A stretch of DNA of 64,000 nt from the human T2T-CHM13v2.0 reference genome, Homo sapiens. Numbering within the stretch: position 1 is the stretch's first letter; every line of letters starts with the position of its first letter. The stretch lies in assembly GCF_009914755.1 (NCBI RefSeq), contig NC_060935.1; one strand, given 5' to 3'. Below the pieces are notes generated by a model. The model did no database searches. It had not been told where the DNA came from and saw nothing but the letters and a program-made list of their open reading frames with translations. The translations under genes and the position numbers were made by a program. Shown piece after piece: positions 52,470-64,000 of the stretch.

Positions 52470-53177
52470 AAACAGAGATCCGGAGAGTAATGGAATGAAC
52501 TCCTGGTAGCAATAAGACACCAAACTATAAACAAGACCTGAGGCCATGCCAGGCAAGGTGATCCTGCACCCTAAACCTAAGAATAAGGTGGATTCTGGCC
52601 GCCACAAGGCTTTTCTGATTCTCTAGCAGCTAAGCAAGCGCTGGCCTTGGGATAAGCAACATTAATATAATTGTAGCTCATCCACCTCCAGACACTGACA
52701 GCTGGCCTGTGTTCCACCAGCCATAACCACAGCTGTGACTGGACAAGAGACTGATTTCAGTGACTTTCTCCTGACAAGAGACCACTGGCCGTGGGCTGGC
52801 TCTCGCTGGGTCACAGAGGCTGCACTGAGCCCCTTTGAGTCCCTGCTTCACCTTTCCACATGCAGGGCCTGATTGCCATGCCTTTCAATGTTAAGTCTCT
52901 ACCCCGAGGTGAACATGGGAGGCGTGTACCATGCATGTGTGCTCAGCGCACACGCGTCAGGGCCCCTGTGTGAATACTCATGGCTTCTATAACCTGCTGA
53001 GTGTGCTTAGCCAGCGTATCCTCATTCCAGCCCCACTCCCCTGAAGTGCCTGCTTCCGGCTTTGGCCAGAGGCTATGCTTCCCAGCTGGTCACAATGCCA
53101 CCTCGCAGGCGTAACCCTTTACAAAATAAAGTCTCCTTTCGAAATTTTATGATTTTGTGATTTCTTTTCAGTTGACA
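52470..53177 (+). mobile_element. ERV1-class solo LTR (MER39/MER34-like)
   Basis: ggacaagagactgatttcagtgactttctcctgacaagagaccact; aataaagtctcc poly(A) signal; ends gttgaca; family assignment from memory. Confidence 0.7.
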
Positions 53178-55969
53178 CCACTCCTCCCCCTCCCCTACTC
53201 TCAGGCAAGGACCCCCTCCCTCCCTCCTGAACACCCCCTATCATGTGCTGCCGACCTCTGCAGGCCTGGCCCCCTTGGAATCACATCCTGGGGGAGCCCC
53301 TCTGAGCCCACTCTCCTCCCTGTACTGGCCCCATCTGGCCACCACCCTGGGAGCATCCCTGTCCTCGTCTCAGAGGTATGCCAACCGCCCAGGTCACCTT
53401 GGCTGCTGACCAGACGCTCCCAGTCCTCAACGCTTCCTACACGACCACATCCCAGACCCTCCTCACACCGTCCCCTTCCCTGATCCTGGCCTCCAGGCCT
53501 CCTCCACATCGTGCTGGTGTTCTGACCCACAAACGGCTCTGATTCCACAGCTGTGGTCTGGGCGGGCCCTGTGTGGGGAGGGAGAGCCCAGAGACCTGGT
53601 CCTTTATTGACCAGATGCTCCTGAACATTCTGCCTGGGTCCTGTCCCTGTCCCCACCCCCAGGACTCCTGTAGTTAAAGCCTCCTGGGGAGGGTGTGGTG
53701 CCGGCCTGGCTGTGGACTTGTGCTGACCCCTTCTGGGGCCGGGCTGGACTCACCCTGACCTTGTTCCTCTTGAGCAGAGCTTGCAGTCACCTGCAGCTCA
53801 TTCTAGAACGACCCCCATGGTCCCCGCTTCCCAGTGGGCCCTGAGGAATGGTGTGGGCTCAGGTGGGGCCTGATTCAAGTTGGGGAATCCTAAAGTGGCA
53901 TGGCTTCCTGGTGTGTTTAAAATACTCATTTGCTCCTCACTCAGAAGGGCAGTTGCTATAAATGGCCTCCAGCAGCCTGGAGATGGCACTGATGGTGTCA
54001 TCAGCCAGCTCGGGTCTGAGAGGCGCCTCCTCCCTGGAGCCCCCGTGGTGGTGAAAGGAGCAGGGGCCCTGAGGCCGGGCCCCCAAATCTCGCTGGCCAT
54101 TCATGTGGCCTCTCAGGGGATGTGGTGCTGACTCAGACTCCGAGGTCATGGAGAAGGCCCCTCTGATAAGCTGAGCTACGAATGTGCCTGACTCTCCTTC
54201 AGGAGGCTAGGACAGAGGACAGAGGACACCCAGGGACAATGGCAGACCAGGGCAAAGGGCAGAGAGGAGGCTGCGGAGGCAGCCAGGCAGCCAGACTCCC
54301 GCCCATGCTCCTTCACCGGGCGACCCAGACCTTGCCAGGGACTCAGGTGTCTCAGCCACAAAATGGGATGGTGGTGAGAGGGAGGGGCCTGAGTGCATGT
54401 TAAGGACCTGGAGAGCTGCCAGGAGCATCTGCAGCAAATGGGCAGGCCACACTCTCATGACCGTCCTCCCATCCCTGCAGATGATCTGGACCCAGACGAC
54501 AAGGCAGAAGGTAGGAACCAGGATGGCGGCGCAGAAACCAACCGAGCATCAGGTGCACCTCGGCGTGATGCTGCCAGCCCCAGCTGAGGATCTGGCAGGC
54601 CGAGAGGCCGAGACCCCGTCCCCAGGCGTCCCTGAGGTCTGAGGGTCAGGTTGTCCATGTGTGGGACGAACGTGGCTCTCGGGCTGCTGTGGTGCCCTAG
54701 TATCCGGTGGAAGCAGGAAGGTTTGGCAGGTCCTCAGCAGGGGTGCAGCCTCCTGGGCTGACGCGAGGCTCCTTGCCAGTGCCTCGACGCGCAATGCAGG
54801 TGCCACCTGGTGGCCATGGGACCCTGGAAAGGGGCTCCAGGTCCCACAAGAACACCCCAGTTCATGGCCCTTTATGGCACCCATGGGAGGGGCTGGATGG
54901 GGCTCTTTCCCGTTTACTGCGCAGTGTTCAAGTTGCCCAGAGCTCCATTAGCCTGCCCCGGTCAGCCAGCGTGGGGGCAGCAGAGCTCCATGGGGAGGGG
55001 GGCTCCTGCATCTTGATGAAGGCCCAGGCAGAAGCAGGCCCGGCAGAGCCTGAGGCTGAGGGCAGAAGGGGGTCTCTCCTGGGCGATTCTTTACTATGCC
55101 CTGACAAGCGGGTCAGCTCGCCGGCTCCCCAGGGGCATGGAAGGAAGGAAGCGTCCTCAGCATCCGTGGGGGAGATCACCTACGCCAAGTGGGGGAGGGT
55201 GAAAGGTGAAGGGGGGTCCGTGGCAGCCGGCGAGCTGGGAGAAGCACAGCACCCAGAGGAACCCAGGTGGCGACTCCTGCTCCAGGGTCCCCACACCCGC
55301 CTCTCAGGAGGGGCTCCCCTGTTTGAAGAAATAAAAGGTCCTGGGGAGGCCCCCGTGACGATTTCCCCCCACTGGTGGCCTTGTGGGAGCCTTAGGGGAG
55401 GAGACGGGATCTCCTCAATGTGATGATGGGGGCAGATCATGGGGCATCCTGGAGCCTGGCTTGGGGCGGAACTCAGTGGGGTTCAGACACCCTGGTCACT
55501 TACTCCCCTTTGGGACCAGGGAGTAAGAAACGGGTGCCTGGGGAGCCAGTGGCACACCAGGCCAGGACCAGTGTCTCATGTGGCACCAGCTCAGGACCCA
55601 TGTCATGCTAGGAAACCATCATGGCACCCACTACTTGCAACAGCAGGGTCTGTACCCACTGCAGAATCTCACCCAGTCCTCCCAGCAGCCCTGTCAGCAG
55701 CCACTACTGCATCCCCATCTTCCAGATGGGAGGCTGGGCCCAGAGAAGGCGGGTGACTTGGCCAAGGCCACACAGCTGGTAATGGTGGCTGGTGCAGTGG
55801 AACCGGGCAGTTGGGGTTCAACACACGGGTTCCCCATTACCACCCAAAACCCCCCACAAGGTGCCGTGGGATGCAGGCTGCAGTGCGGCGGATGCAGATT
55901 CTGGGTTATTTTAGAACAGCCTAGAAGGTCCTCCTCTCCTGACAGGGATTCCAAGATCTATACACCTTC

Positions 55970-57650
<1,681 letters not shown>

Positions 57651-59059
57651 AACTTTTTAAAAGGGAGAGGCATGGCCCAGGCCCAGGCGCCTCACCTGCC
57701 AGCCCCATGAGTGCCTCTCTGGGCCTTTGCATCCATCTGTGCTGGGGGCTGGTGGTGGGGCCACTCTTTGGGGTCTTGGAGGATCAAATGCAAATGCACC
57801 CACGCGCCCGGGGGCCTGAGCCTGGGGTGCATGCTTGGCAGAGGTGAGCTGGGGTTTTCTTTGTCCCACACTAGACTGACTGCCTCGCGGGTGGACGACT
57901 GTTCCCAGGTCACGGTTGAGGGTGAGGCCCCAGGGAGGCCTGGGATCATGCCAGGGCAGGCAGGGTGACTGTGGCATGCAGCAGGGCTGTGAGGACAAGT
58001 CTAGGGCTAAGGTCCCATCTCAGTGTCCCCAGGCCTTGCTGTGTGGCCACAGGCATTTTGCTGCGCCTCTGCGTCCTAGGAGTGGGGATAAGCAGCACCT
58101 CGGGGCTGGCATGGGGACTGGGTAGGAGCGCAGAGACACTGAGCGCCTTGGGAAGTCCTGGGCCTGCATGTCACTCGGGGCTGGAAGTGGCTTCTCCACA
58201 CCTGGTCACTTGCTGGCTGGCCCCCCACTGATGAGACGGGGTCCTTGCAGCTCCACTTCTCCCCATACATTTCTTTCCTGCCTCGCAGCTCTGGGTGCTG
58301 GGGCTTGTCTCTGCCAAACCTTCCCGGAGCTGACAGTAGGGACCAGATCTCTCCTTGTCTGCCTGGACCGTGGTGTGTAGTGACAGTTCTGGGATATATG
58401 CCCCTCTCTAGGACAGAGGCTGGGTACGGAGCTCTGAGCATTTTCCTCCAACCTGGGCTTCTTCCCTCTGGATCACTGCACCTGGGCAGAGAGGCCCAAG
58501 GAAACAAATCTCCTTGATTCTTTTGCTTGTCATTGAGAAACTCAATGCTGAGCATGAGTTGAAATTTCAGGCATGCTGAGCTGAAATTCCTGTGGCAGCA
58601 GCTGTTCTCAGGAACGTGTCAGTTCCATAAGGCAGGTGCCCCCATACTGTGCAAGATAAATGTGTTTCCGGGTGTCAGCAGGCAGGACTGCCCTGGACAA
58701 CTGTGTAGGTTGTTCACTCCACAAGGGGGTCTGCTGGGGGTGGTGTTCAAGTCCACTCTGTGCTCTGCCCCCCATGCTGTGCACAGCTGCTGGCATGCCT
58801 GCCTAGAGTGGGGGGCCTTCTCACATTTGCACAAAGGTATTGTGGGCTCACAGAGGTGGCCCATCAGCAAACGCCTCAAGTCTATGGGCAGAATTGTGGG
58901 TCTGTGTGCGTGCATTTTCCTAGAGGGAGGGCCCCTGGTCCTCGCCAGACTCTAAAATGGAGTCACAACCCAGAAAGAGGCCCAGAGCCCCTCTTCCAGG
59001 GAAGCAGGCACAGCACAGTGAAGCCAGCTCCCAATACAGTCCATTGTCCATGGAAAAAA

Positions 59060-60390
59060 AAAAAAAAGCATTTAGTGGGAATGCAGAATGGTGCAGCTGC
59101 AGTGAAAGAGTTTGAAGGTTCCTCAAAGAGTTAAACACAGAATTACCCAATGACCCAGCAATTCCATGCCTACTTATAACCCCAGAATAATTCAGAGCAG
59201 GGTCTTAGACCGACACGTGCGCATCAGTGTCCACAGCAGCACCATTCAGTAGCCAAAAGATGGACGCAACCCAGTGTCTACAGACAGAGGGATGAATAAC
59301 ACTCTGTGGTCGAGCCATACAGTGCGACACTCACAGGAATGAAATGCTGACACGTGTTCCAACAAGGAGAGCCTCAGAGACATGATGCTGAATGAAAGAA
59401 GCCACGAAGCACCCCACTTTGCATGATTGCATTTCTGTGTAATGTCCAGAGTAGCCAAATTCACAGCGGCGGAAAGCAGACGTTGCCGGAGGCTGGGGGG
59501 AGGGGCAATGGGAGGGACGGCCCTTGGGGACGGGGTTTCCTTCTGGGGTGATGGAAATGTCCAGGAACCGGAAGAAGGTGATGGTTGCACACCCTGTGAT
59601 TGTGTCGAATATCACTGTACACTTTTGAATGGTGAATTTTATGTGTATTTTTACATTTTACATTTTTAGACTTTTATTTTTGTAGAGATGGGGTCTTGCT
59701 GTGTTGTCTAGGCTGGTCTCAAACTCCCGGGCTAAACCGATCCTCCTGCCTTGGCCTCCCAAAGTGTTGGGATTACAGGTGTGAGCCACTGTGCCTGGAC
59801 TTCTTTTTAAAAAGACAATCGATTCAAGGTCTCAAATACAGAGACTCCTAGGTGCAAATTCTACATCCTTATTCCAGTGTCAGAACTGCTGAGAATGTCC
59901 AACCTAGCTCCAATCACAACCCGGGGGCCCATGTCATCTGGCCCCTCCCCCTGCTTGCCTGGCGTTCCCTCTGCCGCAGCCATGCTGGGTGCCCCTCTGT
60001 TCCCCAATGACTGGCTCCCATCAGCTTTTTGGGGGACATGCATATTTTTTTAATTGAGATGAGCTTATATAATGTAAAATTCACACTTTTAAAGTGTGCG
60101 ACTCCATGGCATTTAGTACATTCACAGTGTTGTGCAAGCACCACCTCTAGTTCATCCCCCTACAAGGAAACCCCCTACCCATTAGCAGTCAGTCCTCACT
60201 CTCCCCTTCCCCAGCCATAGGCAAGCACCAATCGGCCTGTCCTGGACATTTCATGAAAATGGAACTGTGCACCATGTCTCCTTTTGTGTCTGCTTCTTTT
60301 ACTCAGTGTCACCCCTTCCATGCTCACCCACAAGGTGGCACGTCTCATCACTTTCTTCCTTTTTATGGCCAAGTAGTGTTCCACTGCGTG
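59060..60390. mobile_element. L1MB 3' fragments (plus ~59060-59660, minus ~60045-60390) with a FLAM/Alu monomer (59670-59800, minus)
   Basis: gttaaacacagaattacccaatgacccagcaattcc; atggcatttagtacattcacagtgttgtgcaa. Confidence 0.8.
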
Positions 60391-60508
60391 GGTGCCCATT
60401 CTCCAAGAGCTGTGGTACATGGCTGGTCTGAGCTCATCCCAGCCCAGTGTCTCTTGGTGAAGGAGGAGTAAAGGCCAGTATCTGCTAGGCGCTGCCCTAG
60501 AGGGGCAG

Positions 60509-60884
60509 TGTATTAGTCTGTTTTCCTGCTGCTATTAAGGACATACCCAAGACTGGGTAATTTATAAAGGAAAGAGGTTTAATTGACTCACAGTTCTGCA
60601 TGGCTGGGGAGGCCTCAGGAAACTTACAATCATGGCAGAAGGGGAAGCAAACACGTCCTTCCTCACATGGCGGCAGGAGAGAGAAATGCTGAGTAAAAGG
60701 GGGAAAAGCCCCTTATAAAACCATCAGATCTTGTGAAAATTCACTCACTATCATGAGAACAGCATGAAGGTAACCGCCCCCATGATTCAATTACTTCCCA
60801 CTCGTTCCCTCCCACAACACATGGGGATTATGGGAACTACAATTCAAGATGAGATTTGGGTGGAGATGCAGCCAAACCATATCA
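60509..60884 (-). mobile_element. THE1-type MaLR solo LTR with perfect 5-bp TSD GGCAG
   Basis: tgtattagtc...gactgggtaatttataaaggaaagagg...ccaaaccatatca; ggcag at 60504-60508 and 60885-60889. Confidence 0.93.
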
Positions 60885-61589
60885 GGCAGTAACTCACTAA
60901 GTCCTTGCTCAGCCCTGGGAGGCAGGTGCTGTCCCCATTCACAGACAGAAGCCACCATGGAGGGCCCAGGGCAGGACACAGGGCTGGGACAAGGCCCCAG
61001 GTGTCCTGGTCTGCAGTCTGTGGTCTTGCCCCTGAGCCAGGCTGGCTTCAACAAATGCCAGCTGGATGAAAGAATGACAGTGTCCTAAGACTGCTGGGGA
61101 GTCCAAACTGGTGGCTTCACTCTAGCATGTCACTTCTTCCCATAAATGACAGTGACACAGTTCATCAGTTCAGGTGACGCTTCAGACACTACTGCACAGA
61201 CCGAGGGATGTAGAGGACAATGGCGAGGTGGGGACTCACGATCTGCATGACGGTCTTTCCCTTGACTGTCTGCCTCACCGAGAGTGCAGTCAGGCCATGA
61301 AGCTGCTTCGGCCCAACAGAGATGAGGATAGTCAAGTTCGTTAGCTATGCAGGGGCAGGAGATGTGGATAGTGCCTCTGGCTGGGGAAACACTGACAAAG
61401 GAGCCATGGCTCCAGGACCCTGGTCAGGGTGGTCCTCAGCTCTCACACTCTGCTTCCCACCCATGTTGAACAGGGCAGAGCTGACCTGGAGGGAAGACTG
61501 GCTTTGGGGCAGGTGAGGCAGGCACATGAAGTAGTGCTCATGACCAGGGATGGTTCCCACGAACACCTTCCTCCCTCCCACCCTCTATT

Positions 61590-61975
61590 ATCCATTTTCC
61601 ATCCATCTGCTCACCTAATCCATCTTCCCACATGAGTCAGTCCATCCATCGCTCTATCCATCCATTACTCCATCCATCCATCTGTCCTTCCATCCATCCT
61701 CTATCCTCCATCATTCAGTCCATCCATCACTCTATCCCTCTGTTCTTCCATTCATCCATTCATTATCTACCATCATCCATCTGCCATCATCCATCAGTCT
61801 AACCAGTCCATCCATTTATCCATCATCCATCCATCCATCCATCTGCCATCATCCATCAGTCCAACCATTAGTCCGTCCGTCCATCCATCCATCCATCCGT
61901 CCATCCGTCCGTCCGTCCATCTATTCATCCATTCACCATCATCCATCAGTCTATTCATCTGTCTGTTCGTCCATC
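61590..61975. repeat. Degenerate (CCAT)n/(CCGT)n microsatellite
   Basis: ccatccatccatccatccgtccatccgtccgtcc. Confidence 0.9.
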
Positions 61976-63689
61976 TCCCCGTCCTTCTGTCTGCTGGTGC
62001 ATCTCATGTCTGTCAGGTTGCCTCTGTGAGGTCAAGTGTTGTGCTAGACGCTGGGGAATGAATAACTCCTGGCCCCGCCTTTAAGGGCTGCACAGTTGGG
62101 CAGGAGGATGGCCACCCAGGGGGACCGAGGCCAGCCCTGCAGCAGGGCCACCCAGCAGCACTGTGGGAAGTCCCTGTGCTCCACGGGGCAGGAGAGGTTC
62201 GGGTGGGCCATCCGCTGGCAGGGAGCTGGGCCCAGGCACTTGGGAAGCTTGGGAGCCTGAGAAGAAGGTGTCAGGGCCTGGTAAGCTGTGGGGGAAGCAG
62301 TGACTGGCCGGAGACCCCAGGAAAGGCACATAGCCCAGAATGGACATGTGGCTCACCCGAGGCTGGTTGACTGAGGGGGCTGCGTGGGGGCTGGGCCTGA
62401 AGCCAGACCAGCCCTACAGGGCCCAACTCTCTGCAGGTGCACACACTGTCGCCAAGGCACGTGGACACACCTGCACCCCCAGGCCCCAGCCACCGACAGC
62501 ACCATGCCTGCCCCCTGGGGGCCCTCACCCTGGGCTGAAGCCCACCCAGGTCTGCTGGAGGCACCGACCCAGGAGACCTCCTTACCCTGGCCTCACTGCC
62601 CGGCTCTGTGCTGAGCCTGCCCTGTGTGGTCTGAGCGGAGCTCACAGTGCCAGGGGCTGGGCCAGCTGTAAGTGGCGGGGTGTGGCGGGCTCATCACGCT
62701 TGTTGTTTGTTAAAGTTCAACTCCGTTGGACCAAGCTGAGATGAGGCTTGGTCTAAAATAAAACCGGAGCTGCGTCAGTGTGTGGGCCGGCTCTGTAGGC
62801 TGGAGGCCACTCCACAGCCAGCAAAGTGTGGCTGTGCACCCCAGGGCTGTCCCCACCCAGGCTGGCGAGCTGTCCCCATGAGGCCCAGCTGTGGCCTCTG
62901 GTGAACCCGAGAGGCAGAATGGCCGGCCGATCCTGAGGCTGTGTCTGCACCCACATGGCTGCGGTGGGCACAGGGCCCACTCCCAGGGACCCGATTCCCA
63001 CACTCAGTGTCTCCCATGAGCTCCTGGGCTTCAGGCTTGTGGCTCCCCTTCAGCTGGGGTCAGACACCTCAGGCTTGGCTCTCACTTCTTGAGCCAATGT
63101 CTTGGACATTTCGTGAAAATGGAACCGTGCACCGTGCCACCTTTTGTATCTGCTTCTTTCACTCAGTGTCACCCCTTCCATGCTCACCCACAAGGTGGCA
63201 TGTCTCATCACTTTCTTCCTTTTTATGGCCAAGTAGTGTTCCACTGCATGGGTGCCCATTCTCCAAGAGCTGTGGTACATGGCTGGTCTGAGCTCATCCC
63301 AGCCCAGTGTCTCTTGGTGAAGGAGAGAACCATGGGGTGAGGACAGAGCAGAGGACCCTTCTTACTCCAGGAAATAAACAGCATTTTCTGAGCCGTGTTG
63401 AGTGTTGGGCTTTGTGTCGTACGTCAGCTAGAAGAGGGTTCCCCAGATGAGGCTGGGGAGGGGTGGGGGCACGGTCTGCCCATGCTCCTTTTGCTCCCTC
63501 AGGGCCTCCCAAACACTGAGATCCTAGTTTGAAAGGATCTGCCAAGTTCCCTGAGCGCCCCCCTCTCAGAGTCCCCTGCAGGGGTGTCCCCAACAGCCCC
63601 TCCAGAATTTAGGCCTGAGAAGCGGAGGAGGGAAACCTCCCCCCAGGATGCTCATTAGGAAAGAAGCCCCCAGGGCCAGCATGGCAGCC

Positions 63690-64000
63690 CCCAAAAGATA
63701 TGTCCTAGTCCCCGGAACCTGTGAATATGACTTTATTTGGAAAAAGTCTTTGCAAATGTAATTATGTTTCTCAACAGAATATGACCCGGGATTTATGGTG
63801 GTTTAAAATCCAATGACACGTGTTCTCGTAAGAGACAGAAGAGGAGGAGACACACAGCTGGGAGAGGGCATGTGGAGATGAAGTCAGAGACAGGATGCAG
63901 CCAAGCCAAGGAACGCTGGGAGCCCCCAGAAGCTAGAAGTGGCAGGAGGCCTCCTCCCCGGAGTCTTGGGATGGCACGGGGCCCTGCCACACCTGGCTGC
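63690..64000 (+). mobile_element. MLT1-type LTR (runs off right edge)
   Basis: ccccaaaagatatgtcc...ggaacctgtgaatatgac...gccaagccaaggaacgc...ccagaagctagaag. Confidence 0.8.

Larger units (their letters stand above)
60238..63325 (+). repeat. 228-bp dispersed direct duplication (60238-60465 and 63098-63325)
   Basis: Gap-free manual alignment with 10 mismatches; near-identical ORFs 60196-60420 and 63050-63280. Confidence 0.93.

Noticed and set aside
54707-55423. 238-aa + strand ORF
   Set aside because: No homology recognisable and no promoter or splice context; chance ORF in GC-rich DNA
58545-58590. Short palindromes (tgaaatttca, atgctgagcat)
   Set aside because: Stems too short to exceed chance expectation
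61590-61975. (CCAT)n as a giant NOVA YCAY array
   Set aside because: YCAY is on the + strand; the SHANK2 transcript reads (AUGG)n

Overview
Primate (almost certainly human) genomic DNA inside the 3' half of SHANK2 (ProSAP1/CortBP1 postsynaptic scaffold), encoded on the minus strand. I resolved eight coding exons by GT/AG boundaries and frame continuity: the C-terminal PDZ exon (29221-29356), an 81-nt linker exon, 9-nt and 21-nt microexons, 131-nt and 112-nt exons, a second 21-nt microexon, and the 2407-nt proline-rich exon (11737-14143, with Homer and cortactin motifs). The SAM-domain terminal exon is not in the window and is inferred to lie beyond the left edge. Positions 29357-64000 are one long intron full of Alu, L1M, MaLR/ERV LTR and MIR relics. 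The best hunting result is a candidate 22-nt stop-containing microexon (3577-3598) in the last intron. It sits behind a dense NOVA-type YCAY cluster and would give an NMD-escaping SHANK2 lacking the SAM domain. Three other donors also read into nearby in-frame stops, the linker is built entirely of phase-1 cassettes, and one Alu carries an internal fold-back hairpin. Nearly all other listed ORFs are noise.
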